Source: Lytechinus pictus (taxonomy: Eukaryota). Taken from it: a DNA stretch of 64,000 bases. Shown piece by piece: positions 13,201 through 25,886 of this stretch (positions are counted from its first letter, which is position 1; each line of letters starts with the position of its first letter). The stretch lies in NCBI RefSeq assembly GCF_037042905.1, contig NC_087250.1, positions 4,776,001-4,840,000 on the forward strand. The letters run 5' to 3'. The position numbers were made by a program, and so were the translations under genes. Under the pieces are notes generated by a model. The model saw nothing but the letters and a program-made list of their open reading frames with translations, did no database searches and was not told where the DNA came from.

Positions 13201-16200
13201 TTTGGTTCGCCAGTCATAATAGAAGAAGGGGTTCGCAAGTCATTATAGTAGATGAGGGTCGTTAGTCATAATAGTAGAAAGGGTTCGCCAGTTATAATAG
13301 TAGATGAGGGTCGCTTGTCATAATAGTGGAAAGGATTCGCCAGTCATAATAGTAGAAGGGGTTCGCCATTCAAAATAAAAGAAGGGGTTCGCAAGTTATA
13401 ATAGTAGATGAGGGTCACTAGTCATAATAGTAGAAATGGTTCGCCAGTTATAATAGTGGATGAGGGTCGCCAGTCATAATAGTAGAAGGGGTTCGCAAGT
13501 CATAATGGTAAAAGGGACTCGCCAGTCATAATAACAGATGGGGTTTGCCAGTCATAATAATACATAACGGTCGCCAGTCATAATAGAAGAAGGGGTTCGC
13601 CAGTCATAATAGTAAAAGGGATTCGCCAGTCATAGTAGAAGGGGTTCGCCAGTCATAATGGTAGATGAGGGTCGCTAGTCATAATAGTAAAGGGGTTCAC
13701 AAGTGATAATAGTGGATGAGGGTCGCCAGTTATAATAGTAGAAAGGGTTCGCCAGTTATAGTAAAAGGAGTTCGCCAGTCATAATGGTAGAAGGGGTTCG
13801 TTAGTCATAATGGTAGAAGGGGTTCGCTAGTCATAATAGTAGAAGAGGTTCGCCAGTCATAATAACAAATGGGGTTGGTCAGTCAAAATAATACATGAGG
13901 GTCGCCAGTCATAATAGTAGAAGGGGTTGGCCTGTCATAATAGAAGATGAGGGTCGCTAGTCATAATAGTAGAAGGGGTTCGCCAGTCATAATAGTAGAT
14001 GACGGTCGCTAGTCATAACAGTAGAAGGGATTCGCCAGTCATAATTGTAGAAGGGGGTTCGCCAGTCATAATAGTAGAAGGGGTTCGCCAGTCATAATAG
14101 CATATGGGGTTCGCCATTCATAATAATACATGACGGTCGCCAATCATAATAGAAGAAGGGGTTCGCCAGTCATAATAGTAGATGAGGGTCGCTAGTCATA
14201 ATAGTAGAAAGAGTTCGCCAGTCATTATAGTAGATGAGGGTCGCTAGTCATAATAGTAAAAAGGGTTCGCCAGTCATAATAGTAGAAGGGGTTTGCCAGT
14301 CATAATGGTAGAAGGGGTTCGCCAGTCATAATAACAGATGTGGTTCTCCAGTCATAATAGAAGAAGGGGTTCCCCAGTCATTATAGTAGATGAGGGTCGT
14401 TAGTCATAATAGTAGAAAGGGTTCGCCAGTTATAATAGTAGATGAGGGTCGCTTTCCATAATAGTAGAAAGGATTCACCAGTCATAATAGTAGAAGGGGT
14501 TCGCCAGTCAAAATAGAAGAAGGGGTTCGCAAGTTATAATAGTAGATGAGGGTCGCTATTCATAATAGTATAAATGGTTCGCCAGTTATAATAGTGGATG
14601 AGGGTCGCCAGTCATAATAGTAGAAGGGATTCGCAAGTCATAATGGTAAAAGGGGCTCGCCAGTCATAATAACAAATGGGGTTTGCCAGTCATAATAATA
14701 CATAACGGTCGCCAGTCAGAATAGAAGAAGGGGTTCGCCAGTCATAATAGTAGATGAGGGTCGCTAGTCATAATAGTAGAAAGGGTTCGCCAGTCATAAT
14801 AACAAATGGGGATCGCCAGTCATAATAATACATGAGGGTCGCCAGTCATAATAGTAGCAGGGGTTCGCCTGTCATAATAGAAGATGAGGGTCGCTAGTCA
14901 TAATAGTAGAAGGGGTTCGCCAGTCATAATAGTAGATGACGGTCGCTAGTCATAACAGTAGAAGGGGGTCGCCAGTCATAATAGAAGAAGGGGTTCGCCA
15001 GTCATAATAGTAGATGAGGGTGGCTAGTCATAATAGTAGAAAGAGTTCGCCAGTCATAATAGTAGATGAGGGTCGCTAGTCATAATAGTAGAAATTGTTC
15101 GCCAGTCATAATAGTAGAAGGGGTTCGCCAGTCATAATGGTGAAAGGGGTTCGTCAGTCATAATAACATATGTGGTTCGCCAGTCATAATAGAAGAAGGG
15201 GTTCGCCAGTTATAATAGTAGATGAGGGTCGCTAGTCATAAGAGTAGATGAGGGTCGCTAGTCATAATAGTTGATGAGGGTCGCCAGCCATAATAGTAGA
15301 AGGGGTTCGCCAGTTATGATAGTAGAAGGAGTTCGCCAGTCATAATGGTAGAAGTTGTTCGCTAGTCATAATGGTAGAAGGGGTTCGCTATTCATAATAG
15401 TAGAAGGGGTTCGCCAGTCATAATAACATATGGGGCTCGCCAGTCATAATAATACATGACGGTCGCCAGTCATAATAGAAGAAGGGGTTCGCCAGTCATG
15501 ATAGTAGATAAGGGTCGCTAGTCATAATAGTAGAAAGGGTTCGCCAGTCATAATAGTAGAGGGGGTTCGCCAGTCATAATGGTAGAAGGGGTTCGCCAGT
15601 CATAATAACAGATGTGGTTCGCCAGTCATAATAGAAGAAGGGGTTCGCCAGTCATAATAGTAGATGAGGGTCGCTAGTCATAATAGTAGAAAGGGTTCGC
15701 CAGTTATAATAGTAGATGAGGGTCGCTAGTCATAATAGTAGAAAGGGTTCGCCAGTCATAATAGTAAAAGGGGTTCGCCAGTCATAATAGTAGAAGGGAT
15801 TCGCCAGTCATAGTAGAAGGGGTTCGCAAGTCATAATGGTAGATGAGGGTCTCTAGTCATAATAGTAGAGGGGTTCAACAGTAATAATAGTGGATGAGGG
15901 TCGTCAGTCATAATAGTAGAAGGGGTTCGCCAGTTATAATAGTAAAAGGAGTTTGCCAGTCATAATGGTAGAAGGGGTTCGTTAGTTATAATGGTAGAAG
16001 GGGTTCGCTAGTCATAATAGTAGAAGAGGTTCGCCAGTCATAATAACAAATGGGGTTCGCCAGTCATAATAAAACATTTGGGTCGCCAGTCATAATAGTA
16101 GAAGGGGTTGGCCTGTCATAATAGAAGATGAGGGTCGCTAGTCATAATAGTAGAAGGGGTTCGCCAGTCATAATAGTAGAAGGGGTTCGCCAGTCATAAT

Positions 16201-19200
16201 AACATATGGGGTTCGCCATTCATAATAATACATGACGGTCGCAAGTCATAATAGAAGAAGGGGTTCGCCAGTCATAATAGTAGATGAGGGTCGCTAGTCA
16301 TAATAGTAGAAAGAGTTCGCTAGTCATAATAGTAGATGAGGGTCGCTAGTCATAATAGTAGAAAGGGTTCGCCTGTCATAATAGTAGAAGGGGTTCGCCA
16401 GTCATAATGGTAGTAGGGGTTCGCCAGTCATAATTACAGATTTGGTTCGCCAGTCATAATAGAAGAAGGGGTTCGCAAGTCATTATAGTAGATGAGGGTC
16501 GTTAGTCATAATAGTAGAAAGGGTTCGCCAGTTATAATAGTAGATGAGGGTCGCTTGTCATAATAGTGATAAGGATTCGCCAGTCATAATAGTAGAAGGG
16601 GTTCGCCAGTCAAAATAAAAGAAGGGGTTCGCAAGTTATAATAGTAGATGAGGGTCACTAGTCATAATAGTAGAAAGGGTTCGCCAGTTATAACAGTGGA
16701 TGAGGGTCGCCAGTCATAATAGTAGAAGGGGTTCGAAAGTCATAATGGTAAAAGGGGCTCGCCAGTCATAATAACAGATGGGGTTTGCCAGTCATAATAA
16801 TACATAACGGTCGCCAGTCATAATAGAAGAAGGGGTTCGCCAGTCATAATAGTAAAAGGGATTCGCCAGTCATAGTAGAAGGGGTTCGCCAGTCATAATG
16901 GTAGATGAGGGTCGCTAGTCATAATAGTAAAGGGGTTCACCAGTAATAATAGTGGATGAGGGTCGCCAGTTATAATAGTAGAAAGGGTTCGCCAGTCATA
17001 ATGGTAGATGAGGGTCGCTAGTCATAATAGTAAAGGGGTTCACCAGTAATAATAGTGGATGAGGGTCGCCAGTTATAATAGTAGAAAGGGTTCGCAAGTC
17101 ATAATGGTAGAAGGAGTTCGCCAGTCATAATGGTAGAAGGGGTTCGTTAGTCATAATGGTAGAAGGGGTTCGCAAGTCATAATAGTAGAAGAGGTTCGCC
17201 AGCCATAATAACAAATGGGGTTGGTCAGTCAAAATAATACATGAGGGTCGCCAGTCATAATAGTAGAATGGGTTGGCCTGTCATAATAGAAGACGAGGGT
17301 TGCTAGTCATAATAGTATAAGGGGTTCGCCAGTCATAATAGTAGATGACGGTCGCTAGTCATAACAGTAGAAGGGGTTCGCCAGTCATAATTGTAGAAGG
17401 GGGTTCGCCAGTCATAATAGTAGAAGGGGTTCGCCAGTCATAATAGCATATGGGGTTCGCCATTCATAATAATACATGACGGTCGCCAGTCATAATAGAA
17501 GAAGGGGTTCGCCAGTCATAATAGTAGATGAGGGTCGCTAGTCATAATAATAGAAAGAGTTCGCCAGTCATAATAGTAGATGAGGGTCGCCAGTCATAAT
17601 AATACATGAGGGTCGCCAGTCATAATAGTAGCAGGGGTTCGCCTGTCATAATAGAAGATGAGGGTCGCTAGTCATAATAGTAGAAGGGGTTCGCCAGTCA
17701 TAATAGTAGATGACGGTCGCTAGTCATAACAGTAGAAGGGGGTCGCCAGTCATAATAGAAGATGGGGTTCGCCAGTCATAATAGTAGATGAGGGTGGCTA
17801 GTCATAATAGTAGAAAGAGTTCGCCAGTCATAATAGTAGATGAGGGTCGCAAGTCATAATAGTAGAAATTGTTCGCCAGTCATAATAGTAGAAGGGGTTC
17901 GCCAGTCATAATGGTGGAAGGGGTTCGTCAGTCATAATAACATATGTGGTTCGCCAGTCATAATAGAAGAAGGGGTTCGCCAGTTATAATAGTAGATGAG
18001 GGTCGCTAGTCATAATAGTAGAAAGGGTTCGCCAGTTATAATAGTAGTTGAGGGTCGCTTGTCATAATAGTAGAAGGGGTTCGCCAGTCATAATAGTATA
18101 AGGGGTTCGCCAGTCATAGTAGAAGGGGTTCGCCATTCATAATGGTAGAAGGGGTTCGCCAGTCATAATAACAGATTTGGTTCGCCAGTCATAATAGAAG
18201 AAGGGGTTCGCAAGTCATTATAGTAGATGAGGGTCGTTAGTCATAATAGTAGAAGGGGTTCGCCAGTCAAAATAGAAGAAGGGGTTCGCAAGTTATAATA
18301 GTAGATGAGGGTCGCTATTCATAATAGTATAAATGGTTCGCCAGTTATAATAGTGGATGAGGGTCGCCAGTCATAATAGTAGAAGGGGTTCGCAAGTCAT
18401 AATGGTAAAAGGGGCTCGCGAGTCATAATAACAAATGGGGTTTGCCAGTCATAATAATACATAACGGTCGCCAGTCACAATAGAAGAAGGGGTTCGCCAG
18501 TCATAATAGTAGATGAGGGTCGCTAGTCATAATAATACATGAGGGTCGCCAGTCATAATAGTAGCAGGGGTTCGCCTGTCATAATAGAAGATGAGGGTCG
18601 CTAGTCATAATAGTAGAAGGGGTTCGCCAGTCATAATAGTAGATGACGGTCGCTAGTCATAACAGTAGAAGGGGGTCGCCAGTCATAATAGAAGAAGGGG
18701 TTCGCCAGTCATAATAGTAGATGAGGGTGGCTAGTCATAATAGTAGAAAGAGTTCGCCAGTCATAATAGTAGATGAGGGTCGCAAGTCATAATAGTAGAA
18801 ATTGTTCGTGAGTCATAATAGTAGAAGGGGTTCGCCAGTCATAATGGTGGAAGGGGTTCGTCAGTCATAATAACATATGTGGTTCGCCAGTCATAATAGA
18901 AGAAGGGGTTCGCCAGTTATAATAGTAGATGAGGGTCGCTAGTCATAATAGTAGAAAGGGTTCGCCAGTTATAACAGTAGATGAGGGTCGCTTGTCATAA
19001 TAGTAGAAGGGGTTCGCCAGTCATAATAGTATAAGGGGTTCGCCAGTCATAGTAGAAGGGGTTCGCCATTCATAATGGTAGAAAGGGTTCGCCAGTCATA
19101 ATAACAGATCTGGTTCGCCAGTCATAATAGAAGAAGGGGTTCGCAAGTCATTATAGTAGATGAGGGTCGTTAGTCATAATAGTAGAAAGGGTTCGCCGGT

Positions 19201-22200
19201 TATAATAGTAGATGAGGGTCGCTTGTCATAATAGTAGAAAGGATTCGCCAGTCAAAATAAAAGAAGGGGTTCGCAAGTTATAATAGTAGATGAGGGTCGC
19301 TAGTCATAATAGTAGAAAGGGTTCGCCAGTTATAATAGTGGATGAGGGTCGCCAGTCATAATAGTAGAAGGGGTTCGCAAGTCATAATGGTAAAAGGGGC
19401 TCGCCAGTCATAATAACAGATGGGGTTTGCCAGTCATAGTAGAAGGGGTTCGCCAGTCATAATGGTAGATGAGGGTCGCTAGTCATAATAGTAGAGGGGT
19501 TTACCAGTAATAATAGTGGATGAGGGTCGCCAGTCATAATAGTAGAAGGGGTTCGCCAGTTATAGTAAAAGGAGTTCGCCAGTCATAATGGTAGAAGGGG
19601 TTCGTTAGTCATAATGGTAGAAGGGGTTCGCCAGTCATAATAGTAGAAGGGTTGGTCTGACATAATAGAATATGAGGGTCGCTAGTCATAATAGTAGAAG
19701 GGGTTCGCCAGTCATAATAGTAGATGACGGTCGCTAGTCATAACAGTAGAAGGGGTTCGCCAGGTCATAGTAGTAGAAGGGGTTCGCCAGTCATAATGGT
19801 GGAAGGGGTTCGTCAGTCATAATAACATATGTGGTTCGCCAGTCATAATAGAAGAAGGGGTTCGCCAGTTATAATAGTAGATGAGGGTCGCTAGTCATAA
19901 TAGTAGAAAGGGTTCGCCAGTTATAATAGTAGATGAGGGTCGCTTGTCATAATAGTAGAAGGGGTTCGCCAGTCATAATAGTATAAGGGGTTCGCCAGTC
20001 ATAGTAGAAGGGGTTCGCCATTCATAATGGTAGAAGGGGTTCGCCAGTCATAATAACAGATTTGGTTCGCCAGTCATAATAGAAGAAGGGGTTCGCAAGA
20101 CATTATAGTAGATGAGGGTCGTTAGTCATAATAGTAGAAGGGGTTCGCCAGTCAAAATAGAAGAAGGGGTTCGCAAGTTATAATAGTAGATGAGGGTCGC
20201 TATTCATAATAGTATAAATGGTTTGCCAGTTATAATAGTGGATGAGGGTCGCCAGTCATAATAGTAGAAGGGGTTCGCAAGTCATAATGGTAAAAGGGGC
20301 TCGCCAGTCATAATAACAAATGGGGTTTGCCAGTCATAATAATACATAACGGTCGCCAGTCACAATAGAAGAAGGGGTTCGCCAGTCATAATAGTAGATG
20401 AGGGTCGCTAGTCATAATAGTAAAAAGGGTTCGCCAGTCATAATAACAAATGGGGATCGCCAGTCATAATAATACATGAGGGTCGCCAGTCATAATAGTA
20501 GCAGGGGTTCGCCTGTCATAATAGAAGATGAGGGTCGCTAGTCATAATAGTAGAAGGGGTTCGCCAGTCATAATAGTAGATGACGGTCGCTAGTCATAAC
20601 AGTAGAAGGGGGTCGCCAGTCATAATAGAAGAAGGGGTTCGCCAGTCATAATAGTAGATGAGGGTGGCTAGTCATAATAGTAGAAAGAGTTCGCCAGTCA
20701 TAATAGTAGATGAGGGTCGCAAGTCATAATAGTAGAAATTGTTCGCCAGTCATAATAGTAGAAGGGGTTCGCCAGTCATAATGGTGGAAGGGGTTCGTCA
20801 GTCATAATAACATATGTGGTTCGCCAGTCATAATAGAAGAAGGGGTTCGCCAGTTATAATAGTAGATGAGGGTCGCTAGTCATAATAGTAGAAAGGGTTC
20901 GCCAGTTATAATAGTGGATGAGGGTCACCAGTCATAATAGTAGAAGGGGTTCGCCAGTTATAGTAAAAGGAGTTCGCCAGTCATCATGGTAGAAGGGGTT
21001 CGTTAGTCATAATGGTAGAAGGGGTTCGCTAGTCATAATAGTAGAAGAGGTTCGCCAGTCATAATAACAAATGGGGTTTGTCAGTCATAATAATACATAA
21101 CGGTCGCCAGTCATAATAGAAGAAGGGATTCGCCAGTCATAGTAGAAGGGGTTCGCCAGTCATAATGGTAGATGAGGGTCGCTAGTCATAATAGTAGAGG
21201 GGTTTACCAGTAATAATAGTGGATGAGGGTCGCCAGTCATAATAGTAGAAGGGGTTCGCCAGTTATAGTAAAAGGAGTTCGCCAGTCATAAAGGTAGAAG
21301 GGGTTCGTTAGTCATAATGGTAGAAGGGGTTCGCTAGTCATAATAGTAGAAGAGGTTCGCCAGTCATAATAACAAATGGGGTTTGTCAGTCATAATAATA
21401 CATGAGGGTCGCCAGTCATAATAGTAGAAGGGGTTGGTCTGACATAATAGAATATGAGGGTCGCTAGTCATAATAGTAGAAGGGGTTCGCCAGTCATAAT
21501 AGTAGATGACGGTCGCTAGTCATAACAGTAGAAGGGGTTCGCCAGTCATAATAGTAGATGAGGGTTGCTAGTCATAATAGTAGAAAGAGTTCGCCAGTAA
21601 TAAGAGTAGATGAGGGTCGCTAGTCATAATAGTAAAAAGGGTTCGCCAGTCATAATAGAAGAAGGGGTTCGCCAGTCATAATGGTGGAAGGGAAACGTCA
21701 GTCATAATAACATATGTGGTTCGCCAGTCATAATAGAAGAAGGGGTTCGCCAGTTATAATAGTAGATGTGGGTCGCTAGTCATAATAGTAGAAAGGGTTC
21801 GCCAGTTATAATAGTAGATGAGGGTCGCTTGTCATAATAGTAGAAGGGGTTCGCCAGTCATAATAGTATAAGGGGTTCGCCAGTCATAGTAGAAGGGGTT
21901 CGCCATTCATAATGGTAGAAGGGGTTCGCCAGTCATAATAACAGATTTGGTTCGCCAGTCATAATAGAAGAAGGGGTTCGCAAGTCATTATAGTAGATGA
22001 GGGTCGTTAGTCATAATAGTAGAAAGGGTTCGCCGGTTATAATAGTAGATGAGGGTCGCTTGTCATAATAGTAGAAAGGATTCGCCAGTCAAAATAAAAG
22101 AAGGGGTTCGCAAGTTTTAATAGTAGATGAGGGTCGCTAGTCATAACAGTAGAAAGGGTTCGCCAGTTATAATAGTGGATGAGGGTCGCCAGTCATAATA

Positions 22201-24165
22201 GTAGAAGGGGTTCGCAAGTCATAATGGTAAAAGGGGCTCGCCAGTCATAATAACAGATGGGGTTTGCCAGTCATGGTAATACATAACGGTCGCCAGTCAT
22301 AATAGAAGAAGGGGTTCGCCAGTCATAATAGTAGAAGGGATTCGCCAGTCATAGTAGAAGGGGTTCGCCAGTCATAATGGTAGATGAGGGTCGCTAGTCA
22401 TAATAGTAGAGGGGTTTACCAGTAATAATAGTGGATGAGGGTCGCCAGTCATAATATTAGAAGGGGTTCGCCAGTTATAGTAAAAGGAGTTCGCCAGTCA
22501 TAATGGTAGAAGGGGTTCGTTAGTCATAATGGTAGAAGGGGTTCGCTAGTCATAATAGTAGAAGAGGTTCGCCAGTCATAATAACAAATGGGGTTTGTCA
22601 GTCATAATAATACATGAGGGTCGCCAGTCATAATATTAGAAGGGGCTGGTCTGACATAATAGAATATGAGGGTCGCTAGTCATAAAAGTAGAAGGGGTTT
22701 GCCAGTCATAATAGTAGATGACGGTCGCTAGTCATAACGGTAGAAGGGGTTCGCCAGTCATAATAACAGATGTGGTTCTCAAGTCATAATAGAAGAAGGG
22801 GTTTGCCAGTCATTATAGTAGATGAGGGTCGTTAGTCATAATAGTAGAAAGGGTTCGCCAGTTATAATAGTAGATGAGGGTCGCTTGTCATAATAGTAGA
22901 AAGGATTCGCCAGTCATAATAGTAGAAGGGGTTCGCCAGTCAAAATAGAAGAAGGGGTTCGCAAGTTATAATAGTAGAAAGGGTTCGCCAGTTATAATAG
23001 TGGATGAGGGTCGCCAGTCATAATAGTAGAAGGGGTTCGCAAGTCATAATGGTAAAAGGGGCTCGCCAGTCATAATAACAGATGGGGTTTGCCAGTCATA
23101 ATAATACATAACGGTCGCCAGTCATAACAGAAGAAGGGGTTCGCCAGTCATAATAGTAGATGAGGGTCGCTAGTCATAATAGTAGAAAGGGTTCGCCAGT
23201 CATAATAACAAATGGGGTTCGCCAGTCATAATAATACATGAGGGTCGCCAGTCATAATAGTAGAAGAGGTTCGCCTGTCATAATAGAAGATGAGGGTCGC
23301 TAGTCATAATAGTAGAAGGGGTTCGCCAGTCATAATAGTAGATGACGGTCGCTAGTCATAACAGTAGAAGGGGGTCGCCAGTCATAATAGAAGAAGGGGT
23401 TCGCCAGTCATAATAGTAGATGAGGGTGGCTAGTCATAATAGTAGAAAGAGTTCGCCAGTCATAATAGTAGATGAGGGTCGCTAGTCATAATAGTAGAAA
23501 TTGTTCGCCAGTCATAATAGTAGAAGGGGTTCGCCAGTCATAATGGTAGAAGGGGTTCGCCAGTCATAATAACAGATGTGGTTCGCCAGTCATAATAGAA
23601 GAAGGGGTTCGCAAGTTATAATAGTAGATGAGGGTCGCTATTCATAATAGTAGAAATGGTTCACCAGTTATAATAGTAGATGAGGGTCGCTTGTCATAAT
23701 AGTAGAAGGGGTTCGCCAGTCATAATAGTAGCAGGGTTTCGCCAGTCATAGTAGAAGGGGTTCGCCAGTCATAATGGTAGATGAGGGTTGCTAGTCATAA
23801 TAGTAGAGGGGTTCGCCAGTAATAATAGTGGATGAGGGTCGCAAGTCATAATAGTAGAAGGGGCTCGCCAGTCATAATGGTAAAAGGGGTTCGCCAGTCA
23901 TAATAACAAATGGGATTCGCCAGTCATAATAATACATGAGGGTCGCCAGACATAATAGTAGAAGCGGTTGGCCTGTCATAAAAGAAGATGAGGGTCGCTA
24001 GTCATAATAGTAGAAGGGGTTCGCCAGTCATAATAGTAGATGACAATCGCTAGTCATAACAGTAGAAGGGGTTCGCCAGTCATAGTAGTAGAAGGGGTTC
24101 GCCAGTCATAATAGTAGAAGAAGGTCGCTAGCCATAATAGTGGAAGGGGTTCGCCAGTCAGAAGA
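659..24165 (+). repeat. 26-bp satellite array, consensus AGTCATAATAGTAGAAGGGGTTCGCC (variant ...GATGAGGGTCGCT); left arm
   Basis: Roughly 900 monomers, with 23/25/27-bp variants. The units are degenerate near the terminus and homogeneous inside. The ORF track is empty from 1405 to 24442. Confidence 0.98.
1148..1415. mobile_element. Non-autonomous hAT-like MITE inserted in the satellite
   Basis: TIRs CATTGGCGTACCTAG / GTAGGTACGCTAGTG. Perfect 8-bp TSD GTAGAAAG at 1140-1147 and 1416-1423. Internal poly-A and repeated CGTCAGGGGGG motifs. Confidence 0.92.
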
Positions 24166-24460
24166 AGGGAACTTTGCTACATAATAACTGAGGTGGATGC
24201 AAAGTGCGAGCACAAAAAAGTGATTTTCAAACGTAATATGTATTATGTTGTAGTTCAAAAAGGGTATTCAATTTCGAAAAAGAGCACATTCTATTTTGAA
24301 AAATTGGTTTGTTTTTTTAAATGATAACCAGCAGGAGCTGTTAATAATGACACCCTCTCCCCTTAAAAAAGAAAATTACCTTGACGTTATTCACATAACT
24401 TTTGTGACCATCCTGAAAATGTTGGTCAATATACTTTGAATTATGCACAATCGGCTCGGT
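24161..24460 (+). repeat. Unique segment, copy 1 of an internal duplication
   Basis: 24161-24424 is nearly identical to 28181-28444 (offset 4020). Copy 1 lacks ~210 bp that is present in copy 2. Confidence 0.92.
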
Positions 24461-24815
24461 GTAAAAATGGCAGAGGTAAAAATGGCAGAGGTAAAATTGG
24501 CAGAGGTAATAATGGCAGAGGTAAAAATGGCAGAGGTAATAATGGCAGAGGTAAAAATGGCAGAGGTAAAAATGGCAGATGTTAAAAGGGCAGAGGTAAT
24601 AATGGCAGGGGTAAAATGGCAGGGGTAATAATGGCAGAGGTAAAATGACAGAGGTAAATATGGCAGAGGTAAAAATGGCAGAGGTAAAAATGGCAGAGGT
24701 AAAAATGGCAGAGGTAAAAATGGCAGAGGTAATAATGGCAGAGGTAATATTGGCGGAGGTAAAATGGCAGGGGTTATAATGGGAGAGGTAAAAATGACAG
24801 CTCTAGGTAAAATAT
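24461..24815 (+). repeat. 15-bp tandem array AAAATGGCAGAGGTA
   Basis: About 23 copies following CGGCTCGGTGT. A shorter copy lies at 28688-28793. Confidence 0.95.
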
Positions 24816-25886
24816 GGCCAGTCTTAAACCCCCATGCAATGAATTGTCAAAAAGCCCCCCCATGTACATACATTAAATAAGAAGTGCATGTCACGGTTAG
24901 GCATTTCATCATCATTATGTCTTCATCGGCCTAAACAATGCTATTTACGAATTCGTTGGAGGTGTACCGTGAACACTTTTTAAAAAGAAATCAGACAACA
25001 TATATTTTTTCATTCAATTTATCAGGAGCAAAATGAAACTGCACTATTCTCATTCATCATTTTATAACATTCCTTTTTTTCTGGCTGGATTTTTTATATC
25101 TAAAGTTTTGCCAGGTTTACCGATGCTAAAATGAGGAAGGGTAGACATAAGAGAGGTGGAGAGACAGAGAGGGTTAGGGGCGGGGAAAACATAGAGAACA
25201 TAGCGGGGAAAGATTAGATGTTGAAATTATCATGAATGATTGTGGTTAAATATTATTTCCTTATTTGTAATGTCGTCTGTACTATTCTTTTTGAATAATT
25301 GAATTACAATAAACATGCGTTCCCAGGCTTGGCACTGAATATGTAACTGATTATGAAAATCAATAATAATCTTGTTTTGACTGGTAAACCAATTTGGGGT
25401 CGATCGAGGGAGACCGTCTGGTTCAGATTCTTTGCATAAAAGAAGACCCTGAAACTTTACCACTGCATCCAATATGATATAAACGCCTTGATGGTCATAA
25501 CCCTTGGAAGCGGAAGTACTGTTGGGTATTTTGTACACCATAAGCAGCATCCTCTTGGCAATTAGCTTGGTATGCTAAAATGAAAAAACATTGTTTATTA
25601 TCTAATTGTTATTATTTTGTTGTAATTCTTTTTCTGACCTAAAAGAACTTGATTTAGTTGAAATAATTTGTTGTGTCATTTTCCCCCTTAACCAAATCCC
25701 CTTTCATTTTGGAGTAAAAACTTTTTTTCTTGGCTTTTTAACAAACCAGCACCCCATTTTTCACTAACTTTTCAAAAGTAAGTGGTGCTCACTCAAGCGG
25801 AAATATTTTTTCGACAGTTATATCGTAATTTGCTTAAATGGATCTGTACCAATGTTAAAATGTGGAAAAATATTCAGGATTTTACA

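Noticed and set aside
24443..24628. (MAEVK)n ORF, and the complementary 28667-28906 ORF
   Set aside because: Translation of the 15-bp array.
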